Source of the DNA: Octopus sinensis
Lineage: Eukaryota
Assembly: GCF_006345805.1 (NCBI RefSeq)
Contig: NC_043006.1
Location: 18,910,001 to 18,974,000, forward strand
DNA length: 64,000 bases
Reading direction: 5' to 3'
This document shows, one piece after another, positions 24,225-37,560 of this stretch; position 1 is the stretch's first letter; the number at the start of each line of letters is the position of its first letter. Under the pieces are notes generated by a model that saw only the letters and a list, made by a program, of their open reading frames with translations, was not told the origin of the DNA and did not search any database. The translations under genes were made by a program, and so were the position numbers.

Positions 24225-25660
24225 TCTTTTCTACTAAAGTCATAGGGCCTGAAATTGGGAGAAAATGGTTGTGTATTATATTTACATTAGTGCTTGACTG
24301 GTACTTTATCATAGAGGCGGAAGATTTGCAGCTGAGTAATTTTTGCCTAGAATGCTAATGATTGTGCCAGCTCACTGCTTTAATGATAATAATGATAATT
24401 TCTGCTATAGGCGTAAGGTTTCAATTCCCTATGTGGAAATGAAATTGGTGTAGTCGATTACATAAATGGTATATTATTTTATCGTTTCCGAAAGGATAGA
24501 GAGCAAAAGTTGACCTCAGATGTATTTGGGTTTAGCACGTGAAGAACTGGTAGAAATACCATTCAGCGTTTTATGCGATGCACAAACGATTCTGCTCGAA
24601 CAACAACAGCATAAACTACTACATTAATAATAATTCTACTTTAGGCACAAGGCCTGGCATTTTAGAGGAGGAGCCGAGTCGATTCCGACGACATCCATGA
24701 TCAACTTGTTCTTGCTTTATCGACCTCGAAGAGATGAAAAGTCATGTCGACCTCGGTGTAATTTGAACTAAAAACGTATAAATGGACGAAATACCTATTT
24801 CTTTACTACCCACAAGGGGCTAAACACAGAGGGGACAAACAAGGACAGACAAACAGATTAAGTCGATTATATCAATCCCAGTGCGTAACTGGTACTTAAT
24901 TTATCGACCCCGAAAGGATGAAAGGCAAAGTCGACCTCGGCGGAATTTGAACTCAGAACGTAGCGACAGGCGAAATACCGCAACGCATATCGCCCGGCGT
25001 GCTAAGTATTTTGTCAAGCGTGCTAACGATTTATTGACAATAATCCCTTCAATTATAGGTTATTAGACCTGAAAGTTTGAAAACAGAACCTGGTCGATTA
25101 CATCCACCCTAGTGCTCAACTGGTATTTATTTCATCGACATCGAAAATATTCAAGGCAAAGTTGGCCTCAGCAGAATTTGAACTCATAAATTATAAATGG
25201 AGGAAATGCCGTTAAGCACTTTTCTAGTGTGCTAGTGATTCAGTAATAATGTTAATAATTCTTTCTACTTTACGCACAAGGCATGAAATCATAGCGGAAA
25301 GGGTTAGTCGATTATATCAACCCTAATGTTCCACTGCTACTTTCTTTATTGATCCCGAGAAGATGGATGGCAAAGCTGAATTTGAACTCAAAACGTAAAT
25401 ACAGACGAAATATCGTTAGATATTTTGCCCGGCGTGCTAACTGTTCTGCCAGATCACCGCTTTAGTAATAATGATATTAATGATTTCAAATTTTGGCACA
25501 AGGCCAGTAATTTCAGTGGTGATGGGGTTAAGTCCATTACATCGATCCCAGTCCTCAAATGTAACTTATTTTATCGGCCCGAAAAGGATGAAAGGTAAGT
25601 CGACCGCGGCGAAATTTGAACTCAGAACGTAATGACTGACCAAATGCCGCCAAGTCTTAG
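24225..25660 (-). mobile_element. Head-to-tail cluster of about 7 SINE C copies of mixed age
   Basis: Repeated GTCGATTACATC / GAAAGGATGAAAGGCAAAGTCGACC / AATTTGAACTC motifs about every 200 bp, separated by AAT-rich spacers; the youngest copy is 24796-25030. Confidence 0.8.
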
Positions 25661-26286
25661 TACTAATGATAATAATAGTATCTATCATAGCCTCTATGCT
25701 ACATAAGATAAATTGTGCCACTTAAGTGCGTTTTATAATTTTACTTTCTTCACAACCAAGCTTTTAATACCAGAGTGAATGTTCAATATAAGCGAACTGA
25801 CAAAATTTAGTAATTTAGCAATTACCTCCAAGCAATCTGGCTGGACGTCATTATTTTTTGTATTCTGGCACAGAAATCCTGTTAAAATGCTTAGGTGTTT
25901 TCATCAATAGTATGTTTGTATCTAATAATATATCTTGATTGTAGGTACTAGGTGGCTGTTGTTTTGATTTTGTGATTAAATGAACTTTTTAATTACAAAA
26001 CACTAACGACAAAACAGTAGCAGTATCAACAGATGTCTGTTAATCGATATGTCCGATATACGGTATATCGGTTACTCGATATGAAAAATTAAAATCTTTA
26101 CTGATGATGTCTCAAGAAAGGTGAATTCCGATGAATGTAACATGAAAAGAAGAACATAACTAGAAAAAATTACCGCTTCTCTGAAAGATTTGTTCTTTGA
26201 ACTGTGTTCAAAATCCTCGCTCATGGTGGTAAGGACGATGAAGCGAACTCACAATAATACGACCAATTCTTTTCAAGAAATCGACG

Positions 26287-26714
26287 GAGGAGTGGCTGTG
26301 TGGTAAGTAGCTTGCTAACCAACCACATGGTTCCGGGTTCAGTCCCACTGCGTGGCATCTTGGGCAAGTGTCTTCTACTATAGCCCCGGGCCGACCAATG
26401 CCTTGTGAGTGGATTTGGTAGACGGAAACTGAAAGAAGCCTGTCGTATATATATATATATTATATATATGTATGTGTGTGTGTGTGTATATGTTTGTGTG
26501 TCTGTGTTTGTCCCCCTAGCATTGCTTGACAACCGATGCTGGTGTGTTTACGTCTCCGTCACTTAGCGGTTCGGCAAAACAGACCGATAGAATAAGTACT
26601 GGGCTTACAAAGAATAAGTCCCGGGGTCGATTTGCTCGACTAAAAGGCGGTGCTCCAGCATGGCCGCAGTCAAATGACTGAAACAAGAAAAAAGAGTAAA
26701 AAGAGTAAAAAAGA
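26287..26714 (+). mobile_element. SINE family B
   Basis: Near-identical to the other B copies; (AAAGAGTA)n tail. Confidence 0.92.
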
Positions 26715-27286
26715 GGAGGAGCAAGTGAATAACAAAGACAATGATTGTTCTAAATAAGGACTGAATAAGCATAAGAGGGCAACGTCTGATGAAATGGTTT
26801 AAAATGTGTCACTTGTGGCTCAAAACAAGTCAGCATAATTCCATTACTATTCCATCGCCTGATATTTCCGCTTTAATTCTACATGCGCCGCAGAGGATGT
26901 TCCTGAAGTTATAGTCTGTGGGTTACTCCCTAGCAAAATGTGATGCACCAAAAACAATTCCAAACAATTTGTATAAGCTCCAGCTGATATTGTCTTCAAC
27001 TGACAGAAGCTAAAATTGTTGAGCGCAAGAATCAGTAGCCAAGTGCAACGTGATGATCAATACTAACTTAATTATATAATATTTAATTTTAAAGTTTCAC
27101 ACAAGATGTCAATAAGATAATTATCAGCTTTCGAAAGTGATTACAGCTGGAAGATGCCATTAGGTAATTAACAAATTAATTAATAAATATAAAATCTTTG
27201 TTTATAGTTCATTTCTCAATTTCCGCTGCGTTGATATGTGTCTGTATCTGTGTGTGTGTGTGTGCTTGCGTATATATATAAATAAA

Positions 27287-27345
<59 letters not shown>

Positions 27346-27468
27346 CAATTAAGGACAACTACTTAATAAGGAAAACTTAACAAGAAATTGTCAGGTAGAT
27401 AGCGTGAAAACCTCATAAGAGAAAAATTTCGAAAATAATTATTTCTTATTGAACAATGCCCTCTATAT

Positions 27469-27499
<31 letters not shown>

Positions 27500-27600
27500 A
27501 AATTTATAAATGAGGGTGAAAAATTGATATTAATTTAATAATACCATTAATTTAACACTGAGTAGCTTAGCACAGAAAACTACGGAGAAAATACAAATGT

Positions 27601-27790
27601 ATACATAAATTATTAGAGAGTTAACCACTATGTCGATAACTATAGTACTAAAAATAGCTCCGATAGTACAGCCACAGAAAAAGATGTTTCCAATTAGAAA
27701 TAACATACTTTTTCTGTGGCTGTACTATCGGGGCTATTTTTAGCACTAGAGTTATCCACATAGTGGTTAACTCTCTAATAATTTATGTAT
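27601..27790. repeat. 83-bp inverted repeat with 24-bp loop
   Basis: 27601-27683 versus 27708-27790, 4 mismatches; followed by (TA)n. Confidence 0.92.
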
Positions 27791-27998
27791 ATATATATAT
27801 ATATATTCAGCATAGTGTTTGTGTGTGTGTGTGTAACTATGCACATGCGCCATTTGTGTATGAATATGTGTCTATGTTTATGTGTGTGTGGAGTGTGTGT
27901 GTATTTATGGTTATGTGTTTCTGTCTCCGTATATGTGTATGTGCTTGTCTTTCTGTGTGATTTATGTACCTACCTATCTACCTGTCCATCCATCTATA

Positions 27999-28044
<46 letters not shown>

Positions 28045-28433
28045 GTATCTACCGACTTGCCAGATTATCAACTTATTAACTTCCCTATGTTCCCACCTAT
28101 TTACCTCCGCATATATTTAAGTAACTAACAATCTATATACCTTTTATGCATATCTATATATATCTATATAAATCTATATATGCACATCTATATATATCTA
28201 ACTTAACCACCTCAAAATTATCTACTTACGTATCTACCTACCTACCTATTTACCTTCTTGACTACCTACTTACGAATTTACTTATGTAGGTATTGTCTGT
28301 GGGTGGTATATGTGGCATTGGGGTATCTCTACCTTCTACATGTATTTCCCATTTAGTACAGGTAATGCTTCATTTATAAGGACTCTCTCTCAGTCGCTCA
28401 CTCGCTTTCTCTCTCTCTCTATATATATATATA

Positions 28434-28817
28434 GGAGCACTCCGTCGGTTGCGACGATGAGGGTCCCAGCTGATACGATCAACGGAACAGCTTGCTCGTG
28501 ATATTAACGTGCAAGTGGCTGAGCACTCCACAGACACGTGTACCCTTAACGTAGTTCTCGAGGAGATTCAGCGTGACACACAGAATGTGACAAGGCTGGC
28601 CCTTTGAAATACAGGTACAAGAGAAACAGGAAGAAAGAGTGAGAGAAAGTTGTGGTGAAAGAGTACAGCAGGGTTCACCACCTAAAACTGCCGGAGCTTC
28701 GTGGAGTTTTTAGGTGTTTTCGCTCAATAAACACTCACAATGCCCGGTCTGAGAATCGAAACCGCGATCCTCCGACCGCGAGTCCGCTGTCCTAACCACT
28801 GGGCCATTGCGTCTCCA
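28434..28817 (-). mobile_element. SINE family A variant with D-type tail alleles
   Basis: Family A head and body; tail has the GGGTCCCAGCTGAT, GCTTGCTCG and GCAAGTGG variants shared with 12659; flanked by CTCTCTATATAT on both sides. Confidence 0.9.
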
Positions 28818-29659
28818 CTCTCTATATATATATGTATGTACATACATGCATATATGCATACGTGCATGTATACATACATACATACATTCATATATACATA
28901 CATATGTCTCTGTATACATACATGCATGAGTTGGTGAGCATTCACTCTGGATTTTATTTCCTCGCATATATTAGTAGTACGAAATTTTGCTGAAGTATGA
29001 TTTTGTGAGTGTAGCTTATGTTATAATGAAAATTGTTTTAACAAAACTATTTTGAGAATAAATTTTGGGATATTTTTCCACTTCTACCTAAAAGTTCCTC
29101 ACCGATTTCAGTAACTTCAAAACTTTTAGTAAATTTGAAATTTTTAAACTTGAACTTTCAGCTTTCATGTTTTTCTTGGTTCTGTCATTGGACATCAGTC
29201 TTACTGGAGCACTGAGTCGAAAAGTTTTAGTCGGACGAATTGACCAAACCACTGAGTCCAACACTTATTATACTGATCTCTTATGCCAAATCACTATGTT
29301 ACTGAGACGTAAACAAACCAACACCTGTTGTCAAGTAGTGGTGGAGAAACACAAACACAGGCACCCATAGATGCATACACACGTCCATCCATCCATCCAT
29401 CCATCCATCCATCCATCCATCAATCCATCCATCCATCTATCCACACATACATATATAATTATGATGTCGAATATAGACACGTTGGCATAGAGGCCTATTC
29501 ATTCTCCCGGATAATGCATACTGTCTCATAATTTTTGCTATTAATACAAGTCTGGCAAAAGAAATGGTTATCTCCTTTAAATAAATGCAAAGAATCTCTT
29601 TTGAAAAGTAGAAGTAATCAAAGTGTGAAATACACACCGTATTGAAGATTACTCTACAT

Positions 29660-32552
29660 ACACAATGGCGACGAAACAAGACGGTGTCAGCTATCACAGA
29701 TAGACTTTCGAGAAAACTTCCAGTGGTCTTTCGAGCTGAACCAAGACCTATACCAATCCTACAGAAAGGCTAAGGAAGATCCCGCGATAGGCTAATTGAA
29801 GAAACTTAAAGAGTATCGGGATAAAAATACACAATATGTGTTAAAAGCAATATAACACCCTAACAAACAAAATCATTCAGAACGTAGAAATGGTAATGTT
29901 CATATTTAATATACGGTAAATTATTTTCGCTAAGAAGCTGTGAACGACAAGAAACACGCGCAAGACAAACACAATAATATCAAACCGCCACAACTACACG
30001 GACATGTGACAACCACTTATGATCCTACAAAAAAGCGCGAGGAATATAAAATACTTAAATCGCCGATTGCATTAAAGCTCTATCAGATTTTCACTACTTT
30101 CATAATGTCCTTAAGAGAACGATACCGACACGAGTTGAGAAAAAAGCAACCGACATTATGTTAACTGTCATCCAAGAAATTACGAGAATACAAGCTCAAC
30201 TTCAAACTCACAGCATTTGGACAATGTACATATTGCTATATAGCTATTTCTTTGATACCCACAAGGAGCTAAACATAGAGGGAACAAACAACGACAGACA
30301 TAGGTATTAAGTCGATTACATCGACCCCAGTGTATAACTGGTGCTTATTTTATCGACCCCGAAAGGATGAAAGCAAAGTCGACCTCGGCGGAATTTGAAC
30401 TCACAACGTAACGGCAGACGAAATACCTATTTCTTTACTACCCACAAGGGGCTAAACACGGAGAGGACAAACAAGGACAGGCAAAGGGATTAAGTCGATT
30501 ATATCGACCCCAGTGCCTAACTGGTACTTAATTCATCGACCCCGAAAGGATAAAAGGCAAAGTCGACCTCGGCGGAATTTGAACTCAGAACGTAACGGCA
30601 GACGAAATACCGCTAAGCATTTCGCCTGGCGCGCTAACGTTTCTGCCAGCTCGCTTCTCCGGCGCTATATAGCAATATAGCGCTGCAGTAACTATGCACC
30701 AACAGATGACCGGAAGAGAGACCGATCCAAAGGACAATACTTAGCCAAAAGGGATTACCTCCCTCTAAAATAACATCAATAAACCCAGGAAAACGATATG
30801 ACAGTTGGACACTATCAACAAATGCAATGACAAAAACGAATTCACAAATCACCAGCTACGACTGGGGGATAGTTATATTCGGGTAGCGTGATCAACATCA
30901 AGAGACAATTAGAACTAGCCACAACAATCTCATGCCACAAAGGAATGGAGTTTGGGCAAGATAAATGCTCCTACATGGTCAACCGCTGGAAGATTGATGA
31001 TATTAAACATGTACATCAGTTGCATATTTATATCCTCTATCTTTAATGATGAACAAGTGACTAGGAAGCGAAGAGAATGTTGCATACTTTGGTTTTGTAA
31101 CTAAAGCCACAATAAGAAAAGAGTGCTTCTGCAAACTTCGGAAATTATGGAACTCAGAGTTGTATGCATTGAACAATATCATATCTAACAATGCTTTTGC
31201 AGTGTCTGAGCTAGTACAAACATTTGGGAAGTTGGGCTGGACACTTGACTAGATCTGCAGCCAGAACATTAACACTAGAATGGTACTGACCTCCACTGGC
31301 AGCTTTCACATTAACATCGACACTTGATAGTATCTATGTGAAGCGAAGTGATGGCGGTAGAAGCGTAAAGGCAGCCTAAACAATCATTTGAATGTCGCAT
31401 TTTATCACTCAGACGACACCTGCTGAACAGTAAAAACAATGAGTACATCCCATGCATCCTCAGAAGAAAGCAACACCATATTCAGACTCTGAGAAGAAAT
31501 AACGTGTAGGTACACTGAGGATATACAACTATCTCATGCGACACAAAGAAAGCTTGACTGCCTACACATAAGCTTGGAGGAAAAGTGGACATCGCACCAC
31601 CAAAGATCAATGCCTGGGTACATAACCCGTAAACTAGAGGCCAATAATAGCATTGGCAAGAAGAGCAGATTCCCCATAACCTGTGATAGATAGAGTATAT
31701 CCCACCCAGAGAGATAGCCTTCGCTATCCAAGAACAGAAGATGGCTAAATACCTGATAAACAAAAGGGACAAAGATACGAACAAACCTTTACATTGCGAT
31801 TGAAAATGTCGACTCTGCTATACCAGTGGGGAGGATATCAGCCACATCAGTAGCTGCCCCAATATGTCAACGAGATATTACCTGTCCCTGAGGCATGATA
31901 TAGTTGAAAGAGCTACTTAGAATGTTGACGGTATGTGTGATTTCCCTGACGTATACATTAATGGTATGTCAGACATAACATGTATTTGCACCTTTGAAAA
32001 CGAAGGATACTGGTGGAACACTCCAATGGAATCAGCAATTCGGTGCAAACATAACAGACCTGTGAGACAGATAACAAGTCATCCAATGTTGCAGAGATTA
32101 GCTGCCCAACAGATGTGAATGTGCCATCAGAGGTCCAGGAAAAAGAGAACAATTGTGAGCAATTAATTCGGAAATAACAGGTCTTCTATTCTGACTATAA
32201 ATTCTTATTAGTTTCTATCATTATAGGTGCACTGGGTGCATTAGGCCATTACCTACAAATTTACACACAAACCTAGAAATACTAGGATTTTCGAAAAGTG
32301 AAAAGAGAATGACGCGGATTTGTTAAATAAAATCTATTAGTGGCACTGTGAAGATTTCTAAAACATTCTAAAGGTATTCCATCCGTAATTCTTTAGGTGA
32401 ATAAGATGCACATACTTGGGTGTCTGCATCGACAACTCAACCAACATACGACTCAACCACATATATGCAAACACCAAGTGCTGTTTTAACTCAAAAACTC
32501 TTGTTGCTCTTTTAGCGACCAGCTTAGACTGTCTAAAAGGAACTTAAATTAA
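29660..32552 (+). mobile_element. Degenerate R4/Dong-like non-LTR retrotransposon (REL endonuclease)
   Basis: WSFELNQDLYQSYRKAKEDPAIG; GMEFGQDKC; VKRSDGGR; FAIQEQ; C-x2-C...EDISH...CP...RHD knuckle; YWWN...KHNRP...EISCPTDVN; IIGALG; ISGTVKI. Confidence 0.8.
30245..30655 (-). mobile_element. SINE C dimer (head + body + body)
   Basis: Two bodies of about 183 bp joined at GACGAAATACC|TATTTC (30427/30428); one head. Confidence 0.9.
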
Positions 32553-34494
32553 ACATACATACATACATACATTCATACATACATACATACATACATACAT
32601 ACATACATACATACATACATACATTCATACATACATACATACATACATACATACATACATACATACATACATACATACATCCATACATTCATACATACAT
32701 ACATACATACATTCATACGTACATTCATACATACATTCATACATACATACATACATACATTCATTCATACATACATTCATACATACATACATACATACTT
32801 TCATACATACATACATACATACATTCATTCATACATACATACATACATACATACATACATACATACATACATACATTCATACATACATACATACATACAT
32901 TCATTCATACATACATACATACATACATTCATACATTCATACATACATTCATACAAACATACATACATACAAACATACATACATACATTCATACATACAT
33001 TCATACATACATACATACATTCATACATACATTCATACGTACATTCATACATACATTCATACATACATACATACATACATACATACATACATACATACAT
33101 ACATACATACATACATACATACATACATACATACATCCATACATACATACATTCATACGTACATTCATACATACATACATACATACATACATACATACAT
33201 ACATACATTCATACATACATTCATACGTACATTCATACATACATTCATACATACATACATACATACATACATACATACATACATTCATACGTACATTCAT
33301 ACATACATTCATACATACATACATACATACATACATACATTCATACGTACATTCATACATACATTCATACATACATACATACATACATACATTCATACAT
33401 ACATACATACATACATACATACATTCATACATACTTTCATACATACATACATACATACATACATTCATTCATACATACATCCATACATACATACATTCAT
33501 ACATACATACATACATACATTCATACATACATTCATACATTCATACATACATACATACATACATACATACATACATACATACATACATACATTCATACAT
33601 ACATTCATACGTACATTCATACATACATTCATACATACATACATACATACATACATACATACATACATACATACATACATACATACATACATACATACAT
33701 ACATACATTCATACATACATACATACATTCATACATTCATACATACATAAATACATACATACTTTCATACATACATACATACATACATTCATACAAACAT
33801 ACATACATACATTCATACATACATTCATACATACATAAATACATACATACTTTCATACATACATACATACATACATACATTCATTCATACATACATACAT
33901 ACATTCGTTCATACATACATACATACATACATTCATACATACATTCATGCATACATACATACATACATTCATACATACATACATACATACATACATACAT
34001 ACATAATACATACATACATACATACATACATACATACATACATTCATACATGCATACATACATTCATACATACATACACATATACATACATACATAATTC
34101 ATTCATACATACATACATACATACATACATTCATACATACATTCATACGTACATTCATACATACATTCATACATACATACAACATACATACATACATACA
34201 TACATACATACATACATTCATACATATATACATACATTTATTCATACATACATACATACATACATACAGACAGACAGACATTCATACACACATTCATACA
34301 TACATACATACATTCATTCATACATACATACATACATACATACATTCATACATTCATACATACATACATACATACATACATACATACATACATTCATACA
34401 TACATACATACATACTTTCATACATACATACATACATACATACTTACATACATACATACATACATACCTACATACATACATACATACATACATA
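32553..34494. repeat. (ACAT)n tetranucleotide array of about 1.9 kb with ATTC/ACGT variants
   Basis: Direct reading. Confidence 0.97.
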
Positions 34495-36103
34495 TAAGAC
34501 TATTTTATTTCACTGTACTCAGAATACTTACATACAAGTCTAGCTATATGAAACTTCACATCTAGTTGATATTTGTTATAACAATATATGACTACATGTT
34601 AAGCGATCGTTTTTATAATTTAAATTTGTATGCAGAATCAACGATTGCAAAGTTCTGCTTTGTAATCTTATAATTTATGAAATTTAAGCAATCGCATTTC
34701 CAATAATTTTGATAGCGTCTAGTCAACGTTTTCCTTAAGTCTTTGACTGATGAATTAAAGGCAAACTAATATTATCAATAAAAGAATGCTGAATGTAATA
34801 TACCACTCTTTACTTTCATAGTTGTGTGTCTTTTAATATTATCAAGCTACAAATAGCTTGTTATTTGGGAGAAGCGTCGCTGGCATAAATAGATACTGCA
34901 CGGTAACATTTGGCGAAATGATGGAACTGACTATACTTAGTACACTTTAATTTGAATGTTAGACACTTGTTTCGTTTGTTTGTTCATGAACACTCATATA
35001 CACACTATAGCAATTGTTAAACCATCTGCTTAGCTTGCTGATTGATATGCTTTAATTAAAGTTTTATAATTGCCCGAATAATTCCTACTAACATGGAAAA
35101 AGTCTTCATTGACGCATTTCAGGTAGTAAATGATTTCACAGAGACGATTGTTGCTACCTGTCGTGCTATTTCACTATAGCTTCAATTAGTGGCAAGAATT
35201 ATCTGACAACTTCAATGCTATGTCCATATTTCTTCATTGATGTATTCCAAATTGTAAATGATTTCACGGAGACTATTGTTGCTACGTGCGTTGCTAATTC
35301 AGTGTGACTTCAATCTGAATGGTGGCAAACTTATCCAACAACTTCATTGTTATGGTCACAACGCGTAATCTTCTTTATTGTAAAAATTTTACTGATTTCT
35401 TACTAAGAGTTTTATTTGATGCTTAATTTTAATACATTGCTACAATAAAGAAATTTATTGATGTAGCAGCTTCCATGGTTATCAACAATTTCAACACATC
35501 AAATAATTAAAACGGCCCATGCGATTTAGTGCGAGTTGATGCTCCGTTTTTATTCAGAAGATATGTGCCATATTCAAAATTAGAAAGAAACATAATCTCC
35601 TTGACTTCCAGAATGATCTTTCAACTAAATATCGTCAAGAAAAAGAAGTTTCTAATGTTATTTTATTAATGTTTTATCGTTTTATTGTTCCAGTCATTAG
35701 ACTGTGTCCATGCTCTCGCACTGCGTTCAAGTGTTTAGTGGAACAAATAAGTAGACGCCAGACAAACACGAACACACACACACACACATGTATACATACA
35801 CACACACGAATTTATACACATACATATATATATATATACACACATATGAATATATATATATATCTATATATATTCAAATATATCCATAAGCAAAATAGCT
35901 AGTTATAGAGATAGAGTAGTAACGTATACTATACAGTAAAGCGAGTAGCCACATCAAAATGGCAGTTGAATGTTACTATTAGTTTAACCCAGGCAGATTC
36001 TCCGCCCGCTGGTTGTCGCTGCAATGGTGTGCACCCATTATATACAATTCGTCGCTAGTAGTGGGGAGCGAAGTCCTACTACCCTCCAGCAGCTAACAGG
36101 ATC

Positions 36104-36153
<50 letters not shown>

Positions 36154-36387
36154 TAGAAATAATTAAGATTCAGTTAAGTTGACGCACTAAGTCAGTCCGG
36201 TATTATCCGCACAGCTCGAAAGTGAATAAAAACCAAATACGTTACAGAGACGTTCGGGCATTAGTGCATTACGACCGTTTCAGGTGGCTCCATTTAATCG
36301 ATCAATGCAAGCTTTATATCAATTTATATGCTTGTTGCTATTGTTATAGCACAACGAACTTAAGGAAAAATTCCCCAACTATAACTT

Positions 36388-36436
36388 GGTCTTGGTAGCA
36401 GGTAGCAGGTACTACCTGCTACCTACTACCAAGACC
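36388..36436. repeat. 49-bp near-perfect palindrome
   Basis: 24-bp arms with 1 mismatch and a 1-nt loop. Confidence 0.9.
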
Positions 36437-36688
36437 TCACATGAGTAAAAAAAAAAAGAGAGAGAGACAAAAAGAAAAAAGAAAAATGTCCCTTGCAATT
36501 GAAAACTATGAGAATATTTTTGAAAATATTTCTTTAAATTTTTCCACAATTTAATTTTTTTTCATACTTTACTCTAAGCTGAAAGAGTCGCAAAGGTTGA
36601 AACTGGTACTAAAAAGTTCTTCATGATAAAATTATTTTCTACCTTGTCTTATTTTCCTTATACATATCAACTCATGGGTTCCTTTTCA

Positions 36689-36760
<72 letters not shown>

Positions 36761-36949
36761 ACTGAGCAAATAATTCACGAAAACATAATTTTCAAAGATA
36801 TCATTGACTCTGTTATTATCTAGTGTAACAATTTAAAATTATAACAGAATCAATAATATAGGCGATTGCAGGCCCCCCCAAAAAGCATTAAATAGCAGAA
36901 GGATTAAAATTAATCAAAGGACATAATAAGTATGTCTACCTGCTGGAAG

Positions 36950-37560
36950 TAACAGTCGAGGATTGTATCTATGGACATATACTCGTTTCTATAACTTCGA
37001 AAAGTTGAGCAATGAACTTTTATGCTTCTTTTATCTTATTTTTTTCCATTTCCTTATTCTTTTATTCCTGTCCACTATGTTGTCATCTCATTAATATAAA
37101 CCATTCTTATTTTCCCTATTTTTCCCTATTTGTCTCTGATGAAGGAATCTACTATACTCGGGGATATCCCAGAAAAAGCTTTAAGACATTGAATGTTTTC
37201 CAATAATAATATTGTTTACGCGCACACACACTGATATATATATATATATATAAACATTATATATTATCCCATAATAATCCCTACTTTGTTAGTCTGACTT
37301 CATCCTAGTTTGGTGATTACACTATTTTCCTTTCTAGGATGTTCTCTCCTACTAATCATATTCCATATATTTGTAGTGACTTTATGAAAATAAGTCTCCC
37401 TTTGACTAAATCATATACCCTTTAGAAACTATAAAATCATACATACAATAACACCTGTAATATTACAAATTATAAAACATCTTCGGTTTGAATACCTTTA
37501 ACTGCCCTTACAACTTCCATACCTATTGCCCACTCTCTTCAGGTTACCTTTGCCATTTCT
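36950..37560. mobile_element. Very degenerate PLE-type remnant with a decayed hammerhead motif at 37131-37187
   Basis: TGTCT-CTGATGA-AGGA...TCC-CA-GAAA-AGCTTT-A-AGACA on the plus strand; a weak FTC...GVI.C (GIY-YIG-like) trace on the minus strand at about 37250-37560. Confidence 0.45.

Noticed and set aside
26854-26908. Possible minus-strand micro-exon (NILCGACRIKAEISGDGI between AG and GT)
   Set aside because: Weak acceptor, no recognisable homology and no partner exons; needs RNA-seq.
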